Below are positions 1 to 10,591 of a DNA stretch of 64,000 bases, in pieces. Position 1 is the first letter of the stretch, and each line of letters opens with the position of its first letter. The notes under the pieces are model-generated. The model was not told the origin of the DNA. It ran no database searches and saw only the letters and a list, made by a program, of their open reading frames with translations. The DNA is from a virus. Lineage: Duplodnaviria > Caudoviricetes. The stretch spans positions 23,831 through 87,830 of IMG/VR virus record IMGVR_UViG_3300037067_007090, one strand, 5' to 3'. The position numbers and the translations under genes are program-made.

Positions 1-176
1 AAAGAAAGTTCGTGTCATACAAATATGACTTGTGATCTTGATAACAGCGAGACGGATGATAATCTTGTTTGTGGGCAATGGAATATGAGCGAGTGTTTGA
101 AGAGGTTTACGAATAAAGAGTAACAACATTTAATAACTATTAGAACGTATACTATTTACTATGAAAGGTAACAATC

Positions 177-1184
177 ATGTATAATGGAATTAAACGATGC
201 TCAAATTACGAAGATGTAGATGCAACAATAGGATTATTGCATCTGTTATTTGGAGAAGTTCAATATGGATATTATTTCAACTCCCGCATTCAAAAACCCG
301 GGTTCCTGAAATACAGTATGTATTTTACTACACCTTTTGACAACATCGCCGAAAAAGAATATGGTGATCACAATGGGTTTTGCAAAGAAGAACACAAAAC
401 GTTTGAAAAGTGGGGGGTAATTAACGGAGAAAAAACAAAAGACTTAATGCAACATATCCCGCTACAATATGATGATCATTCTCCGGCAGTATCATACGAT
501 TGTAACCACGGAAACCAATTTGATCGTGTTACCCCAACATACAAAGAAGCAATAACACGAAACATATGGTTTAATAACACATCAAGTCGGGGATTTTTTG
601 AGCAGTTCAAGCGAAAGAACCGAAACCAAATTCTTGAAGATCTCGAACGTTCAATGTTGTATCAGGTTACATTTGATATTCCATTTGATGTTTTATCTGA
701 GCATATAGTTATTGACAAAATTCAATATAATGGAGAAAACGAAAGTCACATCAATTTATATGCTCCAAAAGACACATCAAACCCAGTTCAAGAATTATTG
801 AGAGATCTTGTTCGGGTGGAGTCCGTATTAACAGAAATGGCAAATTGCATCAACGAGATAAAATCCGATCCGGAAAAATATAAAAGAGATAATACCGAAG
901 ACTCATGGGCAAAAGAATGTTGTAAAGACGGGTACAACATGGAAAATGCAGAAGTCCTTCTGACAAAGTGCCAAAAAGCATTTAAACAGATGGAAGAAGT
1001 GTTATATCAGGCGCGATATTTTGATGTCAATGCGGAGCCGAAAATATCGGATATTACAAAATGTGCTCATAAAAAATGCACTCGCAACGCAGCAGAAGGC
1101 AGCAAATTCTGTGATCAATGCATCCAACTCCCTACAAAAGAATGTAACTATTGTGAAGTGGGAAAATTTAATACGCGCATATAA
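177..1184 (+). CDS. hypothetical protein, Cys-rich C-terminus
   Basis: 335-aa ORF downstream of a TATA-like site (ATTTAATAAC ~128-137); C-terminal CxxxxC/CxxC motifs; no family recognised. Confidence 0.7.
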   Translation: MYNGIKRCSNYEDVDATIGLLHLLFGEVQYGYYFNSRIQKPGFLKYSMYFTTPFDNIAEKEYGDHNGFCKEEHKTFEKWGVINGEKTKDLMQHIPLQYDDHSPAVSYDCNHGNQFDRVTPTYKEAITRNIWFNNTSSRGFFEQFKRKNRNQILEDLERSMLYQVTFDIPFDVLSEHIVIDKIQYNGENESHINLYAPKDTSNPVQELLRDLVRVESVLTEMANCINEIKSDPEKYKRDNTEDSWAKECCKDGYNMENAEVLLTKCQKAFKQMEEVLYQARYFDVNAEPKISDITKCAHKKCTRNAAEGSKFCDQCIQLPTKECNYCEVGKFNTRI

Positions 1185-1260
1185 GTATAGATAGTGCAGA
1201 AACAATAGAACGATTTATAAAAACGAAGACGGCGAAGCAAATTTGTAAGGAGAAATAAAA

Positions 1261-1803
1261 ATGAAAACTGGAACAAAATCTCTGTTGTGGGGCGTACATC
1301 AAATATTTTGGCATCCACTAACTGTTACACTCGCATGGAAAGAACTCTATAAATCGTGGCCATCATGGAAAGAATTTGTTTGTATCTTCATCCACGATTT
1401 GGGATATTGGGGATGCCCAAATATGGATGGCACAGAGGGAGAAAATCATCCGGTGTGGGCAGCGAGTTTTGCAGCAAAATATCTCGATACAAAAACCGAT
1501 ACAGAATGGCGGCATTATAGAAATTTATGTTTATATCATTCTCGGCATTTTGCAAGAGCACGAAACACAATTCCATCCAAACTTTGTTGGGCCGACAAAC
1601 TATGTTACAAATATGATCCCGTTTGGTTCTACACACTGCGCGCCAAATTGAGTGGTGAAATAAAAGAATACCGCGCGCTTCCTCAAAGCCAAAACTTTAA
1701 AGGCTCTGATTCTGACTGGTATAGAGAACAAAGAAAATTATATATTAAACTTGCACTTTCACAGAAAGCAGATACTATTCCGTATCAGGATGTGAAGAAT
1801 TGA
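1261..1803 (+). CDS. HD-domain-like hypothetical phage protein
   Basis: H...IHDLG...H...H...AD pattern; GGAG RBS upstream. Confidence 0.55.
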   Translation: MKTGTKSLLWGVHQIFWHPLTVTLAWKELYKSWPSWKEFVCIFIHDLGYWGCPNMDGTEGENHPVWAASFAAKYLDTKTDTEWRHYRNLCLYHSRHFARARNTIPSKLCWADKLCYKYDPVWFYTLRAKLSGEIKEYRALPQSQNFKGSDSDWYREQRKLYIKLALSQKADTIPYQDVKN

Positions 1804-2042
1804 TTAGAATAAAAATAATAGAAAATGCTGGAAATCATTTTGCTCAACGATTTTTAAAAAATTGTTTTGGTGGTGATGAAGCAGTAGCATACCTCGCATC
1901 CCAAAAAGCACATTGGCTTGAAAATCACGAAAGGGAAATTGGATTTCTCACTAAAGAATTCGGGGATTTAAAAATATCGATTGGAGATGATTATGAGTTG
2001 TTTGATTCCGAATACACCGATTTATTTGAGGTTGTTGAATGA
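1800..2042 (+). CDS. hypothetical protein
   Basis: 80-aa ORF coupled to both neighbours by 4-nt overlaps; TTG start. Confidence 0.55.
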   Translation: MIRIKIIENAGNHFAQRFLKNCFGGDEAVAYLASQKAHWLENHEREIGFLTKEFGDLKISIGDDYELFDSEYTDLFEVVE

Positions 2043-3595
2043 TTATCCAAGGCGACGCTTTAACAGTTTTGAAAAGGATGGATAGTGAGTCAGTGCATTG
2101 TGCGGTAACGTCAAGTCCATATTATGGATTGCGTTCGTACAATACCGAACCACAAATATGGGATGGAGATCCAAACTGCCAACATGAATGGGGGGAAGTT
2201 CATCCACCGGGATATAGATCATCTGATACAAAACCGGGTCCAATGCAACATGAAGGGAATACGCACCGTGAGAATTTGCGAAGTGATATTTGTTCAAAGT
2301 GTGGAGCGTGGAAAGGTGAACTGGGACAAGAGCCTACACCTGAATTGTTTGTTAAACACCTAACAACTATCTTTCATGAATTAAAAAGGATTTTAAGAAG
2401 CGACGGTGTTTTCTGGATGAATATTGGGGATAGTTATTGTGCTTCTAAATGCGGATCGTTCAACGGTGGATCAGATATTCTTAAAGGAAGAAATCTTGAA
2501 GGTCACTCTAAATCCGGGAATGTAGATAAGTCAAAACTTATGGGAATGAAACCCAAAGACCTTATTGGTATCCCGTGGGCTTTAGCATTTTCTATGCGCT
2601 CCGATGGTGCCTCATCACCACAGACAATGTATACAGTAGAAAAAATCAAAACTTCGTTGCTTCGAGATTATGATACTTGGAATGACGTTCCAAAACATAC
2701 TAAAAGAACAATTGAAGATTTGGATGAAGAGTGGTTAAAAGCAAGTAAGGGGGGTTGGTATCTCCGTTCTGATATTCCTTGGGTAAAAAGAAATTCACTT
2801 CCATCATCTGTAACAGATCGCCCCGGCTCTTCCATTGAACACATATTCTTATTCTCAAAATCACAGAAATATTACTATGACTACATAGCAACAATGCAAC
2901 TTTCATCAGAATCTTACAACAAAGATAAAAGACCGCGCGGTGTTATTCGTCAATGCGTAAACACAAACTCCAAGTATCCAGATGGGGGGCAATTTAAAAA
3001 GCAAGATAACACAGGGAATGAAACTTACACAGGATTTAACGCTCGCTATGAACCTAATGGTTATGGCCTTCGTTACATGCGGGATTCCGATTTCTTCTTC
3101 AAGACATGGCAAGGACTTCTTCACAATGAAGATGGTGAACCAATGGCTCTTGTGGTAAATCCGAAACCGTATAAAGGTTCACATTTTGCCGCATATCCGA
3201 TAAGGCTTGTAGAACCCCTAATTCTCGCGGGAACATCAGAAAAAGGCGTTTGCCCACATTGTGGAGCGCCGTGGGTTAGAGTTGCGAAAAAAGAATCATA
3301 TATAACTCGCCCCACCATTGGTTCTGATGATCAGAAGCAAAAACTCAATCCCGGTAATGCGCAGGGATTAGAACGCACTGGTGGTCATGTTGCTCAAATT
3401 ACTGAAACCATAGATTGGCAACCATCTTGTAATTGCACAAATAACATACCAGTTCCCGCCACAATTCTCGATCCCTTCTCCGGCTCATCAGCAACCGGTG
3501 TCGCTTGTAAACTCCATAATCGTGATTATATTGGTATAGAACTCAATCCTGAATATTGTGAACTTGGAAGAAAACGTATTCGTGAAGGCAAATAA
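2039..3595 (+). CDS. DNA N4-cytosine/N6-adenine methyltransferase (beta class) with Cys-rich insertions
   Basis: GDALTVLK, motif IV variant VTSSPYY, GSHFAAYP, motif I variant DPFSGSSAT, YIGIELNPEY; CxxC inserts. Confidence 0.9.
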   Translation: MIIQGDALTVLKRMDSESVHCAVTSSPYYGLRSYNTEPQIWDGDPNCQHEWGEVHPPGYRSSDTKPGPMQHEGNTHRENLRSDICSKCGAWKGELGQEPTPELFVKHLTTIFHELKRILRSDGVFWMNIGDSYCASKCGSFNGGSDILKGRNLEGHSKSGNVDKSKLMGMKPKDLIGIPWALAFSMRSDGASSPQTMYTVEKIKTSLLRDYDTWNDVPKHTKRTIEDLDEEWLKASKGGWYLRSDIPWVKRNSLPSSVTDRPGSSIEHIFLFSKSQKYYYDYIATMQLSSESYNKDKRPRGVIRQCVNTNSKYPDGGQFKKQDNTGNETYTGFNARYEPNGYGLRYMRDSDFFFKTWQGLLHNEDGEPMALVVNPKPYKGSHFAAYPIRLVEPLILAGTSEKGVCPHCGAPWVRVAKKESYITRPTIGSDDQKQKLNPGNAQGLERTGGHVAQITETIDWQPSCNCTNNIPVPATILDPFSGSSATGVACKLHNRDYIGIELNPEYCELGRKRIREGK

Positions 3596-3640
3596 CCCAC
3601 CACAACCTTTTTATATTAACGCGTCCTATCTTATTACAAT

Positions 3641-4429
3641 ATGCCTCCTCTCGTTTCTGTTATCATTCCAACTCACAACCGCAACCTATCTTTAAAACGA
3701 GCAATCCAAAGTGTCCTAGATCAGACTTTTACAGATTATGAAATTATTGTTGTAGATGACACATGGGCAACCAACGAAATTTCCGATAATTATCCAAATG
3801 TCCATTTTCTTCATATACCTACAACATCATATCCAGCCATATCCAGAAACATGGGCATTAAAGTTTCAAATGGAAAATACATTGCCTTTTTAGATGATGA
3901 TGATGTTTGGTATCCAGAAAAATTAGCATCGCAGATATCAAGATTATTAATAGACCCAAAATTAGGATTGGTTTGCAGTAACGGGAACATAGGAAAAGAT
4001 TTATATATTAAAAGAAATATTACAAATGAACCCGACATGCTTCCACAGGAAATAATAGGGGATTTCGTTGTAACATCGTCATGTGTAATTCGCAGAAGTT
4101 TATTGGAAAAAACAGGTCTATACAACCTGCTCCCACTTTGTGAAGACTATGATTTCTCAATAAGATTTGTAGCAACAACACAAATTTATTACGACCCGAC
4201 ACCTTTGTTTGAATATACTATTTCAGAAAATAGTATACAAAAACGAAGTAACTATTCCTTTGTTGCTTATCACCAAAACGTTATAAAAGTAATGGAAAAT
4301 TTACGAGAATTTTTAAAAAGGAACAATCTGGAAAAACCAGAAACATCGTTTTTAATTCATTATAGAATTCTCGATGAAAAAATAATGGTAATGTGGAATA
4401 TAGTTAAAGATTTTATTAGAGGATATTAA
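3641..4429 (+). CDS. glycosyltransferase family 2
   Basis: VSVIIPTHNR, IIVVDD, AFLDDDD (DxD), EDYDF. Confidence 0.9.
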   Translation: MPPLVSVIIPTHNRNLSLKRAIQSVLDQTFTDYEIIVVDDTWATNEISDNYPNVHFLHIPTTSYPAISRNMGIKVSNGKYIAFLDDDDVWYPEKLASQISRLLIDPKLGLVCSNGNIGKDLYIKRNITNEPDMLPQEIIGDFVVTSSCVIRRSLLEKTGLYNLLPLCEDYDFSIRFVATTQIYYDPTPLFEYTISENSIQKRSNYSFVAYHQNVIKVMENLREFLKRNNLEKPETSFLIHYRILDEKIMVMWNIVKDFIRGY

Positions 4430-5422
4430 ATGACAAAAATCTTTTTCGCCGGAGATATGCGCAGTCCTTTTATACAAGGAGATGCAGAACTTTTAAAGGA
4501 AGATCACGATGTTTTTATTTTTAACACCCCGATCAAAAAAATGGATTTTCCGCTTTATCTATTTAAATGTTTTCAACAAGTTTTAAATATTAGAAAATCA
4601 AATCTCGTCTGGGTTTGGTTTGCAGATTGCCCGGCACTACCATTAGTTATTATTGCAAAAATATTTAATATACCCACAGCTGTGAATGTCGGTGGATTTG
4701 AAGTTTCTGGAATATCTGAAATTAATTATGGAAATCAACTTAAACCAATCCGTGGATATGTTTCAAGATGGATTATAAGAAATGCAACAGAAATTATTGT
4801 TCCTTCCCCCGTATACAATGTTAAAACATTAAAAGTTGGTATAGGAATAAAATTGATGGATAATACATTTGCATTGCCCGAAGACGATTATTATTTTGAA
4901 AATTATTACTTAACCCACACAATGGCTCATATAATCACAATTCCGAATTGGGTTGATACGGAAACTTGTGATATACCACTTCCACAAAAAGAAGATCTTG
5001 CTGTAACCGCCGTGTGTTCGAAACATGCGTATGCTTATAAAGGAATTTCAATATTTCAAGAAGCATCAAAAAATATTCTTTATAACACAAAAATATTAGA
5101 ACATCTCCCACGAAAAGAATACGAGGACTATTTGAAACGCGCCAAAGTCTATTGCCAACTTTCACGCGATGAAACATTTGGTATCTCACTTGTAGAGGCA
5201 ATGGCATATGGTTGTGTGCCTGTTGTTAGCGATAAAGGTGCTTTGCCGTGGATTGTAGAAGACACGGGTATTATCGTGCCTTATGGAGATGTTACAGCAA
5301 CTATTAATGCAATTAATAAAGCAATGACTATGGACGGTTCAAAAGCGCGTGAGCGCGCACGTTATTTCAGCCGTGAAAGAAAACAAGAATCGGTGAAACA
5401 ACTCATCAAGGAATTAATATGA
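4430..5422 (+). CDS. glycosyltransferase family 4 (GT-B)
   Basis: ETFGISLVEAMAYGCVPVVSD motif. Confidence 0.85.
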   Translation: MTKIFFAGDMRSPFIQGDAELLKEDHDVFIFNTPIKKMDFPLYLFKCFQQVLNIRKSNLVWVWFADCPALPLVIIAKIFNIPTAVNVGGFEVSGISEINYGNQLKPIRGYVSRWIIRNATEIIVPSPVYNVKTLKVGIGIKLMDNTFALPEDDYYFENYYLTHTMAHIITIPNWVDTETCDIPLPQKEDLAVTAVCSKHAYAYKGISIFQEASKNILYNTKILEHLPRKEYEDYLKRAKVYCQLSRDETFGISLVEAMAYGCVPVVSDKGALPWIVEDTGIIVPYGDVTATINAINKAMTMDGSKARERARYFSRERKQESVKQLIKELI

Positions 5423-6591
5423 CACGTATTCTTATACTCGGAGACTACCCACTACCCAATGAAACAATAACCGGCGGAATAATGCGGTCAGTTTATTTAA
5501 CTGCCAATGCATTATCAAAATTGTGCCCAGAATATGACTTTCACGTATTGACAATCACGGATGGAATTGATAAATCTTTTGTGTCAATCAACAAAAATCT
5601 TGCAATCCATTATATCCATTTTCCTTTAAGAAACAAACCAATCTTGGTTCCAAAATTCCTTTCCAAGCAATTGATATTGCATGAAATAAATAAAATAAAA
5701 CCAGATTTAATCCACGCCAATGGTTCAAGCTGGGAATATGGATACCCAGCAATTGCATATAAAAAATGTCCTGTTCTTATAACTGTTCACGGAGTGTCAC
5801 ACAATGAATCAAAATATTGGTCTGGTCTAAAAGGCGCGTGGCATCGTATAAGTTGTTGTAAAATGGAATCACACATCTTTGAAAAAATGGAAAACGTTGT
5901 TGCCGTTTCTTATTATGTAGAAAGAGAAATGAGAAAATGCATATCGAAAACACAATATGGAAACTATGCGATACATGTAGATGTCATTTCCAACCCGGTT
6001 GATCCATGTTTTATGGATGTTACAACAAAATACACAATACCAAATCTATTATTATATGTTGGGGGGATTGAAAAACGAAAAGGATTAGACGTTCTTATCC
6101 GATCACTTTATATAGTTAAAAAACAAATGCCTTATATAAAATTGAATGTCGTTGGTTCGATACGAAGTCCTATATATTGCGCAGATATAATGAAACTCAT
6201 TTCCGATTTGGATTTAATTGACAATGTGAATTTTGTTGGAAAAGTAAGCGATACATTATTAATGAAAGAATATTCTAATGCATCAATATATATTTCACCT
6301 TCATATGAAGAATCAGAGGGTATAACCATTCTTGAAGCGATGGCTACAGGAACACCAGTAATAGCAACCCGGTCGGGCGGTTCGGAAAGTATAATAAAAG
6401 ATGGTGTTGATGGATTGTTGGTAAAAAACGGAAACCACGAAGAACTAGCATTTAAGATTTTAATTTGTGGTGATGCATTAAAAGAGCAACTTGGAAAAGG
6501 AGGGAGGGAAACAGCATTGAAATATTTACCGGAGAATATTGCGAAACAGTATATGGAAGTTTACAGGAGGTTGTTGAAATGCCAAAACTAA
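5419..6591 (+). CDS. glycosyltransferase family 4 (GT-B)
   Basis: PDLIHAN, YVGGIEKRKG, ESEGITILEAMATGTPVIAT. Confidence 0.9.
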   Translation: MTRILILGDYPLPNETITGGIMRSVYLTANALSKLCPEYDFHVLTITDGIDKSFVSINKNLAIHYIHFPLRNKPILVPKFLSKQLILHEINKIKPDLIHANGSSWEYGYPAIAYKKCPVLITVHGVSHNESKYWSGLKGAWHRISCCKMESHIFEKMENVVAVSYYVEREMRKCISKTQYGNYAIHVDVISNPVDPCFMDVTTKYTIPNLLLYVGGIEKRKGLDVLIRSLYIVKKQMPYIKLNVVGSIRSPIYCADIMKLISDLDLIDNVNFVGKVSDTLLMKEYSNASIYISPSYEESEGITILEAMATGTPVIATRSGGSESIIKDGVDGLLVKNGNHEELAFKILICGDALKEQLGKGGRETALKYLPENIAKQYMEVYRRLLKCQN

Positions 6592-7223
6592 CCGAACGGG
6601 AGCGCGAAGGATTTGAAAAAATACTAACGCAGGATTTGAAAGCAATCAATCAACGCTTTATCAGTCAGATAAAAGATTTCTGGGGAATTGCTCGTAGTAA
6701 TGTGCTTAAACGAAAAGGATGGGATACTCTCATACTCGAAAAAGAACAACTGGAACGGAAACAAAAAGAAATTAAACAAAGAATGCACGAGATAGAAGAT
6801 ATTTTAAATAGTGAAAAATTGAGAGTAGAACAAGTGGTTGAACTCGGTGGAAAATCAAATGAATATGGACGATGCGAAGGTGCGAACTTTTATGGAATTC
6901 CGATTACATCACAATTTGAATATGAAATTGTAGAATACATCAAAGCAAATATTGACCTCGAAGTGCCGGCAAAAATGTTGCGTGATGTATGTGAATCATC
7001 AATCCGCGCTCTCGTAATGGCTGGAACGTTTGAAGAAGCACGTGGGGCATATGAAAAGTTTTATTCTCTGGATTTCAGAAAGTATGGTGTTGATATTCCC
7101 CCACGATTGGATGATATTTGTGCCAACAAAAATTCAATGTTATATGCTCAACAATCATTGCAACAAATTGAAAAAGAAAAACCGGATATTAAGTTGATTG
7201 AATGTAAGGAGGAGAAAGAATGA
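6579..7223 (+). CDS. hypothetical coiled-coil protein
   Basis: 214-aa ORF within the operon, GGAGG RBS. Confidence 0.7.
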   Translation: MPKLTEREREGFEKILTQDLKAINQRFISQIKDFWGIARSNVLKRKGWDTLILEKEQLERKQKEIKQRMHEIEDILNSEKLRVEQVVELGGKSNEYGRCEGANFYGIPITSQFEYEIVEYIKANIDLEVPAKMLRDVCESSIRALVMAGTFEEARGAYEKFYSLDFRKYGVDIPPRLDDICANKNSMLYAQQSLQQIEKEKPDIKLIECKEEKE

Positions 7224-7408
7224 AAGATGGTTATAAATTAACAATATTTTTAAGTGTTATAGTAATAATATTGGCAATATTTATACATGGCACAGTTATT
7301 CATTTAACACAAGTGGGTGAATTTCAAAAATGTGTAAATGCAACACTTTCTGATCCACTCTATTCCACATTTGCATGTGATAGACCGGGATGGTGGTTTG
7401 GAATATGA
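7220..7408 (+). CDS. small membrane protein
   Basis: one hydrophobic segment; ATGA overlaps with neighbours. Confidence 0.6.
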   Translation: MKDGYKLTIFLSVIVIILAIFIHGTVIHLTQVGEFQKCVNATLSDPLYSTFACDRPGWWFGI

Positions 7409-9882
7409 AAATCCTTTTTATCTTACCTAGATTTAATAAAGGTTTCGGAACTGTCTACAATGAAAACGAAACCGGTATTGACTATGATTACTTAATGCCC
7501 GTGGGAATGCCCTACATCGCTTCTTATCTCAAACACAATGGATGTGATGTCTCGGCATTAAACCTTAATCACACACCCGGATTGGTTAAAAACATTGTAC
7601 AAAAAACTATTACTGACACTCACTATGATTTCGTATTCACCGGCACAATTTCCATAATGTATCCCGCTGTGCGCGATATAATAAAATATGTACACGAAGC
7701 ATCTCCCAATACAATAACCGTCTGTGGTGGAGGTATCATTTCGTCTAACCCCGAACTAATGATGAAACTTATTAATCCACATTACGGGATTATTTTTGAG
7801 GGTGAAGAAACAGCATTAGAGTTGATACAAACTATTGAGAAGGGGCAATCTGTGGAAAATGTTAAAGGTATTATTTATTCAACAACATGGCCTATTCCAA
7901 CGTTTACTAAAACACAACCACGCCCCCAAATCAAAAACCTAGATGCACTCCCGTTTCCCGATCTTGAACTATTCGGTTATTCCGAATACTTGAAACACCA
8001 AGAACTTGGCGGTTGGAATCAATATCCACGAGATTATCCACCGCGCCCGTATATGTTGGTTTCAGCGCGCGGTTGTTCGGCAAATTGTTTATCAGGAGAC
8101 ACTTTAATTGCAACCACAAATGGCAACATTAAAATAAAAGATCTCGTTGGGCAGACCCCAAAAGTTCTTACACGAGATCCAATTACAAAAGATGTATTAT
8201 ATGCACAGTCCTCAATAGTTGCTAAAACCGGAGAAAATAAAAATCTCGTTAGAGTTTCATTTAAAGAGGGGGGATATATTGACTGTACACCAGATCACAA
8301 ATTTGTAAAATTTTTAAACTCAAACCAATATGTCCCGTTGAGAGAGTATGAAACGGAAGCACAATTTTTGAGACCCGGTGATAGTGTTCGTGCTGTTCAT
8401 TATAAATTGAGCACCACTGGTTACACGATTATAATATGGGGAAGGAAAAAGCATCGATATCAGCACACTTTAATAATGGAATCTATGATTGGAAGGAAAC
8501 TCTCACAATACGAAAGGGTTCATCACAATGATCATAATCAAATAAATAATGTTGAAAAAAATTTAACACTTACCGACAATCATAAACATATCCCAACTTA
8601 CCATCCAGAACTATCACAACGTATGAAAGATAATAATCCCGCAAAAAATCTACCACACGAATTTTTTGTGCAACGCGGAAAAGAACAACGTGGTAAAGTT
8701 CGCTCTATAGAATCCAGAATGAATTATAAAGCATCCAAAACGGGGAATAAAAATCCGATGTGGAAAGGTGGTTGTGGAAGAACAACAAAATCCCGTATAC
8801 CCGGGCAACCAGATGTAAATCACGTAGTTAAAAGCGTTGAACCACTAGATGGGTTACATAATACGTATTGTTTAGAAGTGCCGGGATATAATTGGTTCTA
8901 TGCCAACGACGTTCTTGTTCATAATTGCACATTTTGCTACCACACAACCGGCCCAAAATACCGCTACCGTTCCGCAGAAAATATAATGTCAGAAATCAAA
9001 TACGTTGTTGAAAAATACCACATTAACTTCTTCACATTTCTTGACGAATTGTTTTCATACGATAAAGCGCGCGCACTTGAATTCTGCCGACAATTTAAAG
9101 AATATCAGAAAACCATTCCGTGGCGAATTGAAATGTATTGCAATCTGCGCGTTGATTGCGCGGACGCAGAACTTCTTGATGCCATGAAATCCTGTGGGAA
9201 TGTAGTTATCGGATTAGGTCTCGAAAGTTACAACCAAAAAGTTCTCGATTCAATGCGAAAACACATAACACCCGCGCAGATTGAAACCACGCTTGGAATG
9301 ATCGCAGAAAGAAATCTTGTTCCGCAAGGGGGGTTCATCTTTGGAGATAATGCAGAAACACTTTCCACCGCACGCACTACTTTACAATTCATTCGAGAAC
9401 ACCCACATCTTTCACGAGGTGGTTTATTTATGGGCTTTATTATTCCGTTTCCCGGGACCGCTATTTATAAACATGCTTTACAAAATGGAATCATAAAAGA
9501 TGAAATAGAATTTATTAATAAATTGACAAGCACGGATTATAATTATGATAACGTATGTAATCTCACAAATTTATCAGATGAAGATTTTGACACGTTGAAA
9601 AATGAAGTGTTCACTTTAAAATACACAGCAATTCCCGTATCTGTTCCAACAAAAATAACCAATGATGAAATCTTTGTAAAATGCCCCCATTGTGGGAAGA
9701 TGCAAACTTATAAAACAACTAAACGACCACATGCGCAATTCAGCGTGGGGGTAATTTGTAATAACCCCGAATGTAATGGAAGATTTGAAATGGGCACACG
9801 ATATATTCAATTGGGGAGACTCGCTGTAAAGTTATTGGGATTTAAAAGAATGCGACGGATTAAAAATTGGATGGGGATTTGA
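7405..9882 (+). CDS. cobalamin-binding radical SAM protein (class B methylase-like), intein-containing
   Basis: N-terminal B12-binding domain (PVGMPYIASYLK, VCGGG, FEGEETALEL); spliced motif RGCSAN/CTFC = CxxxCxxC; FLDELF, GLES, GFIFG. Start placed at ATG 7405 (MKILFILP). Confidence 0.9.
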   Translation: MKILFILPRFNKGFGTVYNENETGIDYDYLMPVGMPYIASYLKHNGCDVSALNLNHTPGLVKNIVQKTITDTHYDFVFTGTISIMYPAVRDIIKYVHEASPNTITVCGGGIISSNPELMMKLINPHYGIIFEGEETALELIQTIEKGQSVENVKGIIYSTTWPIPTFTKTQPRPQIKNLDALPFPDLELFGYSEYLKHQELGGWNQYPRDYPPRPYMLVSARGCSANCLSGDTLIATTNGNIKIKDLVGQTPKVLTRDPITKDVLYAQSSIVAKTGENKNLVRVSFKEGGYIDCTPDHKFVKFLNSNQYVPLREYETEAQFLRPGDSVRAVHYKLSTTGYTIIIWGRKKHRYQHTLIMESMIGRKLSQYERVHHNDHNQINNVEKNLTLTDNHKHIPTYHPELSQRMKDNNPAKNLPHEFFVQRGKEQRGKVRSIESRMNYKASKTGNKNPMWKGGCGRTTKSRIPGQPDVNHVVKSVEPLDGLHNTYCLEVPGYNWFYANDVLVHNCTFCYHTTGPKYRYRSAENIMSEIKYVVEKYHINFFTFLDELFSYDKARALEFCRQFKEYQKTIPWRIEMYCNLRVDCADAELLDAMKSCGNVVIGLGLESYNQKVLDSMRKHITPAQIETTLGMIAERNLVPQGGFIFGDNAETLSTARTTLQFIREHPHLSRGGLFMGFIIPFPGTAIYKHALQNGIIKDEIEFINKLTSTDYNYDNVCNLTNLSDEDFDTLKNEVFTLKYTAIPVSVPTKITNDEIFVKCPHCGKMQTYKTTKRPHAQFSVGVICNNPECNGRFEMGTRYIQLGRLAVKLLGFKRMRRIKNWMGI
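8086..8925 (+). mobile_element. intein (280 aa) with HNH homing endonuclease
   Basis: begins CLSGDT, block B DCTPDHKF, HNH core RVHHNDHNQINNVEKNL, ends ANDVLVHN followed by Cys+1. Confidence 0.92.
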
Positions 9883-10214
9883 TGACCATAAAAATTCCAT
9901 TGTCAATTTTAAAATATATTGCAGATCGACAAACCGAGTTTCAGACCGCGTGGAACATATATCAATATGTTTTTCCAATCGTGACGTTTGAAACATTTGC
10001 TATGTTGGCTTGTGAAAAATTTGGGATATATGGCAATGCTGCCATTCTTATTTATATAATTATTCCAATAATAGGATTTATCGGAGTTGTAATATCAGGG
10101 AGAGTTTTAATACGATCCGATTATCAATATTTATTTATGAAAAATTCAGCGGATTTGAATAAGGATTGGAAGGAAGTCGTGACTATATTAAGAGAGTTGA
10201 AGGAGAGGAAATAA
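9882..10214 (+). CDS. membrane protein
   Basis: two hydrophobic segments; ATG overlaps the upstream TGA. Confidence 0.6.
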   Translation: MTIKIPLSILKYIADRQTEFQTAWNIYQYVFPIVTFETFAMLACEKFGIYGNAAILIYIIIPIIGFIGVVISGRVLIRSDYQYLFMKNSADLNKDWKEVVTILRELKERK

Positions 10215-10215
10215 A

Positions 10216-10590
10216 ATGGAAGAATTTATAGAATTTTGGCCCATGGTTAAATGTTTAATATTTCCACATATTATGGGAATATTATTTGGAATATTCGTTG
10301 GAATCTCGATATATATATTATTGTTTTCAAAAAAATATATATCCTTTTTATATAATTGGAATAATGTAATAAAAATCGCTCCATTTTTAATAATATCACT
10401 TATGGGAGGAATATTAGGAATATTAAAAATTATAGAATTTGCAAGTGAAACGCAACCTATTTATCATATGTGGGCATATATAATGGGATGTCAAATGATA
10501 ATCATTTCTTATGGAATGATAACCGGATTTGGTTGTGGTGGAGCGATTGGATATTTTATTAATAAATTCATGGATAAATTGGAGGATTAA
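10216..10590 (+). CDS. membrane protein
   Basis: three hydrophobic segments; GGAG RBS. Confidence 0.6.
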   Translation: MEEFIEFWPMVKCLIFPHIMGILFGIFVGISIYILLFSKKYISFLYNWNNVIKIAPFLIISLMGGILGILKIIEFASETQPIYHMWAYIMGCQMIIISYGMITGFGCGGAIGYFINKFMDKLED

Positions 10591-10591
10591 A

